A DNA stretch of 64,000 nt from the NCBI GenBank assembly GCA_963697335.1, contig CAVONQ010000016.1:32001-96000 (forward strand), given 5' to 3'. The notes below the pieces were generated by a model that did no database searches, was not told the DNA's origin, and saw only the letters and a program-made list of their open reading frames with translations. The translations under genes and the position numbers were made by a program. Positions 9,142 to 18,790 of the stretch are shown here, piece after piece; the first letter of the stretch is position 1; every line of letters starts with the position of its first letter. This stretch comes from an uncultured cyanobacterium. GTDB lineage: Bacteria > Cyanobacteriota > Cyanobacteriia > PCC-6307 > Cyanobiaceae.

Positions 9142-10041
9142 TCAGGTCACTGCCAGCGGGCAGGGCCGGGTGCGATCAAAGGCCGACCAGTCGATGCGGT
9201 GCAGGTCGCCCCCGTTCTCCACCTGCTCCACCTCCACCATGTCGATGAAGCAGAGGCCGAGGCCGATCCGGCTCATGGGCCAGCTGCAGCGGCTGTGAAT
9301 CGGCCGTTCGATCGTCTCGTCAACGCCGCTGAAGGCCACCACCAGTTCGGCGTGGCGATCGGCCAGCTCCGCCTGGGTGAGTCCGTGCAGGGGGCTGCTG
9401 GCATCGATGCGGTGCTGGGCCGTCCAGACGAGCAGGAAGGCGATGCCCTGGTCGCGCTCCAGGGGCAACGGCAGCAGCCGCCGCATCCGGTGGCCTTCCT
9501 GGCTGATCTCATCCACCGAGATGTAGGCCCGCACCCGCGCCTCGAGGATGTTGTTGCCGCGCTCGTTGGCCAGGCGGAAGCTGAGGGTGGGGAGGCCGTT
9601 GTAGAGGTGCACCACGGCCAGCTTGGAAAAGCGGATGCGGGCGGTGCTGCGGGAGAAGCGGGCAAACACCAGGCCGGTGCTGAGGGCGATGAACAGCACG
9701 CCGCTGAACGATTCCGCCACCACCAGCAGGTTCACGTACAGGCTCAGCGGATGGAGGGCGCCGTAGCCGATCGAGCCCAGCGTCTGCACACTGAAGAAGA
9801 AGGCCTCCGCAAAGCTGGTGCGGCCCGCGGTCGTGCCCGCCAGGCCGGCCGGGTCGGCGAGGTAGAGGCTGGCGAACAGCAGGTTGATCGCCAGGTACAC
9901 CAGCGCCAGCAGGCCCAGAAACAGGGGCCAGTTGAGGGAGAGGGCCAGCAGGTAGGGCTCGCGCCAGTGGCGCCACCAGCGCTGGCTCTCCTGGGCTGTG
10001 AGCAGGCCGTGCTGGCGCCGCAGGTGTTGGACCCTGGCCAT
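9142..10041 (-). CDS. KirBac-like inward rectifier potassium channel
   Basis: AFFFSVQTLGSIGYG pore, GLVFARFSR, FRLANERGN, HRIDASSPL motifs; ATG 10041 chosen. Confidence 0.9.
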   Translation of the reverse strand: MARVQHLRRQHGLLTAQESQRWWRHWREPYLLALSLNWPLFLGLLALVYLAINLLFASLYLADPAGLAGTTAGRTSFAEAFFFSVQTLGSIGYGALHPLSLYVNLLVVAESFSGVLFIALSTGLVFARFSRSTARIRFSKLAVVHLYNGLPTLSFRLANERGNNILEARVRAYISVDEISQEGHRMRRLLPLPLERDQGIAFLLVWTAQHRIDASSPLHGLTQAELADRHAELVVAFSGVDETIERPIHSRCSWPMSRIGLGLCFIDMVEVEQVENGGDLHRIDWSAFDRTRPCPLAVT

Positions 10042-10117
10042 CGGTGGCGCTGCCCTGGGGAGCCGGCTGGAGCCCATCGTTAGCATCCCTGCCTTTGGGC
10101 CGCCAGCGGCCGCAGCC

Positions 10118-10948
10118 ATGGGCACCCAGTGGCAGAACTTTCTGCAGAACCTCGGCGAGTGGCACGGCAGCTTCGCCGACCTCGACGCCCACGGGGTGCT
10201 GCTGCGTTCCACCCCTTCAATCCTGAGCCTCGAGAGCCATGAGGGGGGGGCCTGCGTGCAGTTCCGCCTGCGCCGCTTCAGCAACGGCGACCCCAGCACC
10301 CCCCCCAGCTCCGACCACCAGCAGGAGTACCGCTCCCTGGGCAAGCAGGTGACCTTCTTCGACAACGGCAGCTTTTCGAAGGGCTCGCTGCAGATCGCCC
10401 CGGCGACCCGCTCCGGCGCCGAGTTCGGCTTTGTGGGCCAGGACCGGCGCTGGCGGCTGGTGCAGCTGCACGGCGAGTCCGGGGCCTTCGAGTCGCTGGT
10501 GCTGATCCGTGAAACCCGCGCCGGCAGCGCTGCCGGCGAGCTCCCGCCCCTCAGCCCGGAGCACCTGCTCGGCACCTGGCAGGGTCAGGCCGCCACCGTG
10601 GAGGCCGACTGGCCGGTGCCCAGCACCGCGGCCTGCACCACCCGCATCGAGCCTCTGCCGGGCGATGGCCTGCGCATCAGCACCGATCTCGGCGGCGAGC
10701 TGGGCAGCCTGGAAGGCACCCTGCAGGGCAGCGTGCTGGCCATCGAGGCGCCGCTGCCGCAGCGCCTCCATCTCCTCCCCGATGGCGGCTTCAGCCGGGT
10801 GCCGCTGCAGGTGAGCCATCGTCAGGCCTTTGAGGTCGAGGCTGGCTGGCTTTCGTCCCCCACGGAGCGCCAGCGCCTCATCCGCCGCTACGACGCCCGC
10901 GGGGCCTGGGTCTCCTCCACCCACCTGGTTGAAACCAAGCTGAGCTAG
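10118..10948 (+). CDS. DUF3598 family protein
   Basis: QWQNFLQNLGEWHGSF start, FDNGSFSKGS, RQRLIRRYDARGAW end. Confidence 0.8.
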   Translation: MGTQWQNFLQNLGEWHGSFADLDAHGVLLRSTPSILSLESHEGGACVQFRLRRFSNGDPSTPPSSDHQQEYRSLGKQVTFFDNGSFSKGSLQIAPATRSGAEFGFVGQDRRWRLVQLHGESGAFESLVLIRETRAGSAAGELPPLSPEHLLGTWQGQAATVEADWPVPSTAACTTRIEPLPGDGLRISTDLGGELGSLEGTLQGSVLAIEAPLPQRLHLLPDGGFSRVPLQVSHRQAFEVEAGWLSSPTERQRLIRRYDARGAWVSSTHLVETKLS

Positions 10949-10966
10949 CGCCGGCGTTCCCCGGAG

Positions 10967-11296
10967 CTAGCCGCCAGCCTGCTTGGGCCGGTAGCCGGCC
11001 GCCGCCAGGGCCGTCAGGGCGGTGGCCACCTGGTCGCCCTGCAGTTCGATCACGCCGGCTTTGGCGCTGCCGCCCGTGCCCGCGGCAGCCTTGAGCTGCT
11101 TCAGCAGGGCCTTGAGTTCGGCCTCCGGCGCCTCCAGCCCGCTGATGGCGGTCACCAGCTTGCCGCCCTTGCCGGCCTTGGTGCGCTGCACCCGCACCCG
11201 CTGCTGGGCCCTGGGGGTGGGGGCCGCCGCCGGTCGCTCCAGGCTGGCCGGCCGCTCGAGGCTCTCGAACTCCTGCCAGCTGCCCTTGCTGCCCAT
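10967..11296 (-). CDS. yciH: translation initiation factor SUI1/YciH
   Basis: [34 protein letters not shown] end. Confidence 0.92.
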   Translation of the reverse strand: MGSKGSWQEFESLERPASLERPAAAPTPRAQQRVRVQRTKAGKGGKLVTAISGLEAPEAELKALLKQLKAAAGTGGSAKAGVIELQGDQVATALTALAAAGYRPKQAGG

Positions 11297-11425
11297 CGCC
11301 TCCTCCCGCTGGATCCCTGCAGTCCGGCCCTGCAGCCGGTATCTTCCATCCTCCCGCAGCCGGCGCTGGTTCGGTCTGCCTGTCTGCCTACGCTGGGGTC
11401 ACCGATTCGTTCCGGTGGCCCCAGC

Positions 11426-12679
11426 GTGACCAGCACCGTCCCTCCAGCCCTGGCCTCCTCCCTGGTGCCCGCCGTGCGTCCCGACCCGGCGGGCCGCTTC
11501 GGCCGCTTCGGCGGCCAGTACGTGCCGGAAACCCTGATGCCGGCCCTGGCGGAGCTGGAGGCCGCCGCGGCCGAGGCCTGGGCCGACCCTGCCTTCACCG
11601 GCCGGCTCAACCACCTGCTGCGCACCTACGTGGGCCGGCCGACACCGCTGTACGAGGCCGAGCGTCTCACCGCCCACTACGCCCGACCGGAGGGCGGTCC
11701 GCGCCTGTGGCTGAAGCGCGAGGACCTCAACCACACCGGTGCCCACAAGATCAACAACGCCCTTGGCCAGGCCCTGCTGGCCCTGCGCATGGGCAAGCAG
11801 CGGGTGATCGCCGAGACCGGCGCCGGCCAGCACGGCGTGGCCACCGCCACGGTGTGCGCCCGCTTCGGTCTCGAGTGTGTGGTGTACATGGGCGCCGAGG
11901 ACATGCGCCGCCAGGCCCTCAACGTGTTCCGCATGCGCCTGCTGGGGGCCACGGTGCAGCCGGTCACCGCCGGCAGCGCCACCCTCAAGGACGCCACCAG
12001 TGAGGCCATCCGCGACTGGGTGACCAACGTGGAGACCACCCACTACATCCTCGGCTCGGTGGCTGGCCCCCATCCCTACCCGATGCTGGTGCGCGACTTC
12101 CACGCCTGCATCGGCAAGGAGGCCAAGGCCCAGTGCCAGGAGGCCTTCGGGCGCCTGCCCGACGTGCTGGTGGCCTGCGTGGGCGGCGGCTCGAATGCCA
12201 TGGGCCTGTTCCATCCCTTCGTGCAGGACACCGCCGTGCGCCTGATCGGCGTGGAGGCGGCTGGCGAGGGGGTGGCCAGCGGCCGCCATGCCGCCACCAT
12301 CACCGAGGGCCGCATCGGCGTGCTGCACGGCGCCATGAGCCTGCTGCTCCAGGACGCCGAGGGCCAGGTGCAGGAGGCCCACTCGATCAGCGCCGGTCTC
12401 GACTACCCCGGCGTCGGCCCCGAGCACAGCTACCTGCGTGAGATCGGCCGGGCCGAATACCTGGCCGTCACCGACGACGACGCCCTCACGGCCCTGCGGC
12501 TGGTGAGCGAGCTGGAGGGGATCATCCCGGCCCTGGAAACCGCCCACGCCTTCGCGGCCCTCGACGCCCTCTGCCCCACCCTGGCCCCCGGCACCGAGGT
12601 GGTGCTCAACCTCTCCGGCCGCGGCGACAAGGATGTGAACACCGTGGCCGACCGGCTGGGCGATCAGCTGCGGGGCTGA
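11426..12679 (+). CDS. trpB: tryptophan synthase beta chain
   Basis: [53 protein letters not shown]. Confidence 0.98.
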   Translation: MTSTVPPALASSLVPAVRPDPAGRFGRFGGQYVPETLMPALAELEAAAAEAWADPAFTGRLNHLLRTYVGRPTPLYEAERLTAHYARPEGGPRLWLKREDLNHTGAHKINNALGQALLALRMGKQRVIAETGAGQHGVATATVCARFGLECVVYMGAEDMRRQALNVFRMRLLGATVQPVTAGSATLKDATSEAIRDWVTNVETTHYILGSVAGPHPYPMLVRDFHACIGKEAKAQCQEAFGRLPDVLVACVGGGSNAMGLFHPFVQDTAVRLIGVEAAGEGVASGRHAATITEGRIGVLHGAMSLLLQDAEGQVQEAHSISAGLDYPGVGPEHSYLREIGRAEYLAVTDDDALTALRLVSELEGIIPALETAHAFAALDALCPTLAPGTEVVLNLSGRGDKDVNTVADRLGDQLRG

Positions 12680-12692
12680 GCCCGCTGGGCGG

Positions 12693-13670
12693 CTACAGCG
12701 GCTGTTCTTCCCAGGCGAAGCGTGGCAGCCGCTGCAGGCCCTCCTGCATGCAGCCGGCCCACACCTCCATGGAGCGGCTGATCTCGGGGGCTCCCTTCTT
12801 GAGCTTGATGCGCCGCGAGATGCGCAGCTCGTTGGCGGGCATCAGCGCCAGCTCGAAGGGCGGGCCCACGGAGAGATTGGAGCGGCGCGTGATCACCTGG
12901 GAGATCAGGCAGAGCCGGGCGGCGTCCTCGAGGGAGAGGCCGCAGTGGCCCACGAAGTCGAGGGGCGGCTTGCCGTATTTGCTCTCCCCGATCTGCAGGA
13001 ACGGCGTTTCGCGGGTGGCCATCACCGCATTGCCCTGGGGGTAGATCAGATAGAGGCCATGGCGGTCCCCCTCGATCTGGCCTCCCAGGATGAAGGTGGC
13101 CTCGGCGCTGGCGCCTGATCGGTGCAGGGACGCCTTATGGCGGTCCTGCACCGCCACGCTGGTGCGCCCCACGTAGTCGGCCGCCTCGAAGAGATACCGG
13201 GCGGTGAGCAGATTGGGGCCTTCGCAGCGTGGCGGCGGCGGACTCTCCTTGTGCTCCAGGCTGGGCGCTTCGCAGCGCAGTGCTGCGGAATCCACCGGCT
13301 GGCCGGCCTCCTGCACCTTCGCCGTGGGCAGGCCCTGGCTGGCGGTGTCCAGTCCGGCGAACACCCTGGTCTGCAGAGGCGGATCGCCCGCTTCGCCGCT
13401 GAGCCCCGGTCCGCTGCCCACGGGCATCCCCGTCTGGGTGGCACCGATCGGCCCCACGCCCTGCTCCCTCAGCTCCCGCTGAATCTGGTTCAGCACCGCC
13501 TGGGTGGTGGCCAGGTTGCCGGCGGCCAGCAGCACGAACAGCCGGTCCGGCGAAGGCTGGAACACGTGCATCTTGCTGTAGGTCGAGATGTAATCGACCC
13601 CCGCATTGGTGCGGCAGTCCGAGGCGAACACCAGCCCGGAATCCAGCAGAAAGGCGACGCAATAGGTCAT
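12693..13670 (-). CDS. proteasome-type protease (Anbu-like Ntn hydrolase) with internal insertion
   Basis: M-TYC N-terminal Thr, SDCRTNAGVD, AGNLATTQ, ILGGQI, IYPQGN, QIGESKYGKP, SNLSVGPP. Confidence 0.9.
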   Translation of the reverse strand: MTYCVAFLLDSGLVFASDCRTNAGVDYISTYSKMHVFQPSPDRLFVLLAAGNLATTQAVLNQIQRELREQGVGPIGATQTGMPVGSGPGLSGEAGDPPLQTRVFAGLDTASQGLPTAKVQEAGQPVDSAALRCEAPSLEHKESPPPPRCEGPNLLTARYLFEAADYVGRTSVAVQDRHKASLHRSGASAEATFILGGQIEGDRHGLYLIYPQGNAVMATRETPFLQIGESKYGKPPLDFVGHCGLSLEDAARLCLISQVITRRSNLSVGPPFELALMPANELRISRRIKLKKGAPEISRSMEVWAGCMQEGLQRLPRFAWEEQPL

Positions 13671-13707
13671 GCCCGCACCCCGGGCGGGTGGGCGGAAGCC
13701 TCAACGC

Positions 13708-13742
13708 TCTGCCGGTGTGGGGTCTGCCGGTGTGCGGTCTGG
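13708..13742. repeat. 15-bp tandem repeat x2.3
   Basis: TCTGCCGGTGTGGGG TCTGCCGGTGTGCGG TCTGG in the intergenic region. Confidence 0.6.
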
Positions 13743-13832
13743 CCTGCGGCAGGGACGGGGTCCATGGAATCGGGCGCTGGGGGTGAGGGGCTCAGCTGCT
13801 GCTCCTCTACAGCTTGGCAGCCCGCAAGCCGT

Positions 13833-14822
13833 TCAGCTCAGCAGCCGGGTCAGGGTGGCGGCCACGGACTGCACGGCGGCCCGGGCCGTGGCATAGGCCA
13901 TGCGCATCGGCCCCACCAGGGCCACATGGCCGCGGGCCCCGTCCAGGCTGCTGTAGGCGGACTGCACCACGGCGCAGGCCTTGAGGGCGCCATGGGGATG
14001 TTCCTGGCCGATCCAGATGGCGTCAGCCGGCGGACCCAGCACCTCGTGAGGGGTGGCCTCCACCAGCTGCAGCAGGGGCCGCAGGGAGGCGGTCTGGCTG
14101 AACTCGGGCTGGGCCAGCAGCCCCCCCATGCCGCTGGCCACGGCACTGGCGCCCGGCGCTGCCAGGGGCTGCTGTTGGTCGAGGGCCTGGCGGAGCAGGT
14201 GGCCGCTGCTGCGCAGCTCTTGGGGCAACTGCTGCCAGGGAATCGGCTGCTCGGGGTGGGCCCGCAGCTGCCGGTTGGTCCAGTCTTCCAGCCGCGCCAG
14301 CTCGGAGGTGGCCCTGGGCGGCAGGCGCAGGTTGAGGCTGCCGCCGGCCACCGACCCGCTCACCAGAAACACGATCAGCCGGTCGCCGCTGGCCACCAGC
14401 CTCAGCTCCTGCAGCCGCTGCTGAGTCTTCATCGGGCGGGTGATCAGGCTCAGCAGCCCGGTGAGGTCCGCCAGGCGCCGTCCGAGATGCACCAGCAGAT
14501 CGTCGAGGGCTGTCCAGTGCAGGCTGAGGCCGGCGAGTTCCCGGTCCAGCTGCTGGGCCGCGGCCCCCGGCGCCGGCAGCAACCTGTCCACATACTCTCT
14601 GTAACCCAGCTGGCTGGGGATGCGGCCCGCCGAGGTGTGGGGCTGGGTCAGCAGGCCCCGCTGCTCCAGCACCCCCATGGCCGAGCGCACCGTGGCGGAG
14701 CTGGCCGGCAGGGCGAAGCGGCGCACCAGGGTCTGGCTGCCCACCGGTTCCACGGTGTCCACGTAGTGGCGCACGGCCAGGCGCAGCACCTCCTGCTGTC
14801 GGGGAGAGAGGTTCTGCGCCAA
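13833..14822 (-). CDS. hrcA: heat-inducible transcription repressor HrcA
   Basis: LSPRQQEVL, EPVGSQTL, SSATVRSAM, QPHTSAGRIPS, VGPMRMAY; TTG start at 14822 inside the long 13833..17426 ORF. Confidence 0.93.
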   Translation of the reverse strand: MAQNLSPRQQEVLRLAVRHYVDTVEPVGSQTLVRRFALPASSATVRSAMGVLEQRGLLTQPHTSAGRIPSQLGYREYVDRLLPAPGAAAQQLDRELAGLSLHWTALDDLLVHLGRRLADLTGLLSLITRPMKTQQRLQELRLVASGDRLIVFLVSGSVAGGSLNLRLPPRATSELARLEDWTNRQLRAHPEQPIPWQQLPQELRSSGHLLRQALDQQQPLAAPGASAVASGMGGLLAQPEFSQTASLRPLLQLVEATPHEVLGPPADAIWIGQEHPHGALKACAVVQSAYSSLDGARGHVALVGPMRMAYATARAAVQSVAATLTRLLS

Positions 14823-14915
14823 GACCAGCCCCCGATCCGGAGTGGCTGGATGGTAGGGAGGGCTGGCAAGGTTGCGCCGCTGCCGTGGGCGCTCGGTAAC
14901 GCAGGCCTGGGTAGC

Positions 14916-14960
14916 GCTCAGCAGCGCGGTGCTCAGTCGGGCAGAACTCAGTAGCGCGGT
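14916..14960. repeat. degenerate 15-bp tandem repeat x3
   Basis: GCTCAGCAGCGCGGT / GCTCAGTCGGGCAGA / ACTCAGTAGCGCGGT; last copy holds the rhodanese stop codon. Confidence 0.45.
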
Positions 14961-15286
14961 ATGGAGGGATCCACCTGGGTGCTCCAGGCATCGATGCCGC
15001 CCACCAGGTTCCACACCGCGCCATAGCCGTGTTCCTGCATCAGCCAGCAGCCGAACTGCCAGCTGCGCACCCCCGCGTGGCAGAGCACCGCCACCGGGGC
15101 GTCGCGCTGCAGTCGGGCGGGCAGCTCGCCCAGCCATTCCTGGGAGCGGCTGAGGGGCAGATGGATCACCGGCAGGGGCAGCCGAGCCAGCTCCAGCTCC
15201 TCGCTCTCGCGCACGTCCACCAGCTGGATGGCCTCCCCGGCGGCCAGGCGCTGCTGCAGGTCGCGGGCCTTGATGCTGATCGGCAT
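14948..15286 (-). CDS. rhodanese-like domain protein
   Basis: LVDVRE..E, CHAGVRS active loop, GGIDAWS..VDPSIPRY. Confidence 0.92.
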   Translation of the reverse strand: MPISIKARDLQQRLAAGEAIQLVDVRESEELELARLPLPVIHLPLSRSQEWLGELPARLQRDAPVAVLCHAGVRSWQFGCWLMQEHGYGAVWNLVGGIDAWSTQVDPSIPRY

Positions 15287-15356
15287 GTCCACGGGCTGGC
15301 GTTCGGTGCAGGATGGGCGCATCCTGCTGCGTCTGCATGACGGCCTGCCTGCGCGC

Positions 15357-17042
15357 ATGAACGCCCGTCGCTTCCTGGCGGTGGTGCTGGCGGTCACCCT
15401 GCTGCTGCTTGGGTTGGCTGGCGGTGCGGGCTGGCTGCTCTGGCAGCGGTCGCCCCTGCAGCTCCAGGTGCGCAGCCTGGTGGTGCCCAGCTCGGCCCGC
15501 TTCGTGCCGCGCACGGCCGCCCTGGGGCTGTTCCTGCTGAGCGATCCCCAGCAGCCCGTCGACTACGCCCGTGCCCTGGCGCCGATCCGCCAGCGCCGCC
15601 AGGCCGCTGAGGCGGTGGCCCGCCTGCGCGATGGGGCCTTCGCGGCCGCCGGCCTCGACTACCGGGGCGAGCTGGCTTCCTGGCTCGGCGACGAAACCGG
15701 CCTGGCCCTGGTGGCAAGCCAACCCGGTCAGCCCCCCGATGGCTGGCTGCTGGCCTTGCGCAGCCGGGATGGCGACGGCGCCCGCCGCTTTCTGCAGCGC
15801 TTCTGGCAGACCCGCAGCCTCGCCGGCACCGATCTCCAAGTGACGAGCTACCGCGGCATGGGCGTGATCAGCGGCCGGGGTGCCCTGCTGGGTAGCCAGC
15901 CCGTGCCGATCGCCACGGCCCTGATCGACGACGACCTCGTGCTGCTGGCCTCCGGGCGGGGCGTGCTGGAGCAGGCCCTCGACGTGTCGCAGATCGACGA
16001 ACTCAACCTGGCGGCCGACCCTTCCTTCCGCCAGGCCGTGCAGCGCCTGGGCCGGGGCAGCGTGCTCCTGCAGCTGCGGCCGGCGGGCCTGGAATCGTGG
16101 CTGGGTCTGCCGGCCGCCGGGGCCGCTGCCACGGCCTCTTCCCTGCCACTGCAGTCGGGCACGCTGGCCCTGCGCCCCAGCGGTCGGCGGCTGGAGCTGG
16201 AGGCGCTGCTGGCACTGACGCCCGACACGCTGCCCCAGGCCGAGGCCCAGGCCCAGCTGGAGCCCCAGGCCGATCCCGCAGAGCCGGTTCCGGCCGCTGC
16301 CCCAGGCCAGACCGCCTGGACATCCAGGCTCGATCCGGCCCGGGCCGCGGCACTCCTGGCAGGGCTGCGGGGCGACCCCGACAGCCTGGCCCTGCTCCAG
16401 GATCCGGCCCATTGGCCCGAAGCCTGGAACCAGCTGTTGCAGCGGCTGCTGCAGCAGCCTGAAGGAGGCCCCCTGCCGGATGCGGTGCTGGCGGCCGATG
16501 CGGGCCCGCTGCTCTGGAGCCAGGGACCCCAGGGCTGGCTGCTGGCCACCCCAGGCGATCAGCCTGAACCGGCAGCGCTGCAGCCTGCCCTGGACCAGCT
16601 GGGGTTGGTCACCGCCACGCTGCAGCGCCCGGATGGAGGCAGCCAGCAGGTATGGACCCGGCTCGACGCCCAAGAGGGATCCGGACGCCAGCGTCGCAGC
16701 GGCCCCCAGCTCAGCGTCAGCCTGGCGGGAGCCCGGGAGCTGGAGGCCGACCAGGCGTGGTGGGGGCAGACCCTGGCCGTGCTGGAGCAGCGGCGCCAGG
16801 GAGGCCCCGTTCCGCGGGATCGCTTGCGGGCCCTGGACGCCCTGGAGCTGCCCGAAGCGCCCCTGCAGTGGGCCAGCGGCCCTGAAACCGCCAGGACCCA
16901 GTTGCGTCGCTGGCCGGCCTGGCGGCTGCTCACCAGCCTCGCGGGTCAACCCCTCGATGGCGCCGTGGACGGGTTGGCGGTGGGGCTGGAGCCGGAGTCC
17001 GGCGATGGCCTGCACCTCAGGCTGGACCTGCGCTTTGGCTGA
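15357..17042 (+). CDS. DUF3352 domain protein
   Basis: N-terminal TM anchor, ARFVP, WLGDE, SYRG motifs; usual picocyanobacterial position upstream of sixA. Confidence 0.7.
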   Translation: MNARRFLAVVLAVTLLLLGLAGGAGWLLWQRSPLQLQVRSLVVPSSARFVPRTAALGLFLLSDPQQPVDYARALAPIRQRRQAAEAVARLRDGAFAAAGLDYRGELASWLGDETGLALVASQPGQPPDGWLLALRSRDGDGARRFLQRFWQTRSLAGTDLQVTSYRGMGVISGRGALLGSQPVPIATALIDDDLVLLASGRGVLEQALDVSQIDELNLAADPSFRQAVQRLGRGSVLLQLRPAGLESWLGLPAAGAAATASSLPLQSGTLALRPSGRRLELEALLALTPDTLPQAEAQAQLEPQADPAEPVPAAAPGQTAWTSRLDPARAAALLAGLRGDPDSLALLQDPAHWPEAWNQLLQRLLQQPEGGPLPDAVLAADAGPLLWSQGPQGWLLATPGDQPEPAALQPALDQLGLVTATLQRPDGGSQQVWTRLDAQEGSGRQRRSGPQLSVSLAGARELEADQAWWGQTLAVLEQRRQGGPVPRDRLRALDALELPEAPLQWASGPETARTQLRRWPAWRLLTSLAGQPLDGAVDGLAVGLEPESGDGLHLRLDLRFG

Positions 17043-17556
17043 GCTGCTGCTGCTCCGCCATGGCATCGCCGAGGAGCGTTGCCCCGATCGGGACGATGGG
17101 CTGCGCCAGCTCACCCCCGAGGGGCGGCGGCGCACCCGGGAGGTGGTGGGCCAGCTCAGTCGCCTCGGCCTGGGGGGGGATCGGCTCATCACCAGCCCCT
17201 TGGCCCGGGCCCGCCAGACTGCGGACATCGCCTTGGCGGCCGGGCTGGCACCCAGCCTGGAGGAAAGCGAGGCGCTGGTTCCGGGTGGGCAGGCCCTGGC
17301 CCTGCTGCAGGCTCGGCTGGAGGCCCAGGGAGAAGGCCGGCGCCTGCTGCTGGTGGGCCATGAGCCCGACCTCAGCGGCCTGGCGGCCCGGCTGATCGGT
17401 GCCGCCAGCGGCAGCATCGCGCTCAAGAAGGCCGGCGTGGCGCTGTTGGTGAGCTCCGACGCCGTGGCGCCAGGCTGTTGGCAGCTGCGGCTGCTGATCG
17501 CACCTCGGCAGTTGCTGTGTGAGCGGGCACGGCGCGGGGCCGCCCCCCAGCCGTAG
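17035..17556 (+). CDS. sixA: phosphohistidine phosphatase SixA
   Basis: LLRHGIA, SPLARARQTA, LVGHEPDL, LKKAG; TTG start at 17035. Confidence 0.88.
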   Translation: MAELLLLRHGIAEERCPDRDDGLRQLTPEGRRRTREVVGQLSRLGLGGDRLITSPLARARQTADIALAAGLAPSLEESEALVPGGQALALLQARLEAQGEGRRLLLVGHEPDLSGLAARLIGAASGSIALKKAGVALLVSSDAVAPGCWQLRLLIAPRQLLCERARRGAAPQP

Positions 17557-17581
17557 GTTCTGGCCCACTGGACCTTGAGGC

Positions 17582-18766
17582 ATGGCTGAGCGCGTCACCA
17601 CCAACCTTTCCGCCGGCGTCAGGGAGACCCCTGCCGCGCCGGCGTTTCGCCCGGGCCTTGAGGGGGTGCCCGCCACTCAGTCAGCGATCTGCGACATCGA
17701 CGGCCAGCGCGGCCTGCTCACCTACCGGGGCTTCAACGCCGAGACCCTGGTGGCCCAGAGCTCCTTTCTGGAAACCACCTACCTGCTGATCTGGGGCGAG
17801 TTGCCCACCGCCGAACGCCTGCGCCACTTCGAGCAGGAGGTGCAGATGCACCGCCGGGTGAGCTTCCGCATCCGGGACATGATGAAGTGCTTCCCGGCCA
17901 CCGGCCACCCCATGGATGCGCTGCAGAGCAGCGCCGCCTCCCTCGGTCTGTTCTATTCCCGGCGCGCCCTCGACAACCCCGAGTACATCGCCGAGGCCGT
18001 GGTGCGGTTGATCGCCAAGATCCCCACGATGGTGGCGGCGTTCCAGCTGATCCGCAAAGGCCAGGATCCGATCCAGCCCCGCGATGACCTGGCCTTTGCC
18101 TCCAACATCCTCTACATGCTCATGGAGCGGGAGCCGGACCCGCTGGCGGCCCGCATCTTCGATGCCTGCCTGATCCTGCACGCTGAGCACAGCCTCAACG
18201 CCAGCACCTTCAGCGCCCGGGTCACGGCCAGCACCCTCACCGACCCCTATGCCGTGGTGGCTTCGGCGGTGGGCACCCTGGCCGGCCCCCTGCACGGCGG
18301 CGCCAACGAGGACGTGCTGGCCATGCTGGAAGCCATCGGCAGCGAAGACCAGGTGGGGCCCTGGCTCGACCGGGCCATTGCCGAGAAGCAGAAGATCATG
18401 GGCTTCGGCCACCGGGAATACAAGGTGAAGGATCCCCGCGCCGTGATCCTGCAGGGGCTGGCCGAACAGCTGTTCGACCGATTCGGCCACGATCCCCTCT
18501 ACGACCTGGCCCGCAAGGTGGAGGAAGAGGCCAGCACCCGGCTGGGCCCGAAGGGCATCTACCCCAACGTGGACTTCTATTCCGGCCTCGTGTACCGCAA
18601 GCTCGGCATCCCCCGCGACCTGTTCACCCCCGTGTTCGCGATCGCCCGCACGGCCGGTTGGCTGGCCCACTGGAAGGAGCAGCTTGGTGCAAACCGCATC
18701 TTCCGACCGTCGCAGATTTACACCGGGGCCCCACCGCGGGACTGGATCCCGCTGGAAGCCCGCTAA
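17582..18766 (+). CDS. gltA: citrate synthase
   Basis: GLEGV, LHAEHSLNASTF, GPLHGGAN, MGFGHR, PNVDFYSG. Confidence 0.98.
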   Translation: MAERVTTNLSAGVRETPAAPAFRPGLEGVPATQSAICDIDGQRGLLTYRGFNAETLVAQSSFLETTYLLIWGELPTAERLRHFEQEVQMHRRVSFRIRDMMKCFPATGHPMDALQSSAASLGLFYSRRALDNPEYIAEAVVRLIAKIPTMVAAFQLIRKGQDPIQPRDDLAFASNILYMLMEREPDPLAARIFDACLILHAEHSLNASTFSARVTASTLTDPYAVVASAVGTLAGPLHGGANEDVLAMLEAIGSEDQVGPWLDRAIAEKQKIMGFGHREYKVKDPRAVILQGLAEQLFDRFGHDPLYDLARKVEEEASTRLGPKGIYPNVDFYSGLVYRKLGIPRDLFTPVFAIARTAGWLAHWKEQLGANRIFRPSQIYTGAPPRDWIPLEAR

Positions 18767-18790
18767 GTTGCTGCGATCTGAGACGTCGTC

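Noticed and set aside
14911..14935. CIRCE-like inverted repeat upstream of hrcA (GTAGCGCTC...CGGTGCTCA)
   Set aside because: Five mismatches to TTAGCACTC-N9-GAGTGCTAA and a 7-nt rather than 9-nt spacer.
13833..17426. 1197-aa minus-strand ORF
   Set aside because: Only the last ~329 codons are HrcA. The rest is antisense shadow of the DUF3352 and sixA genes and out-of-frame overlap with the rhodanese gene, as expected in GC-rich DNA.
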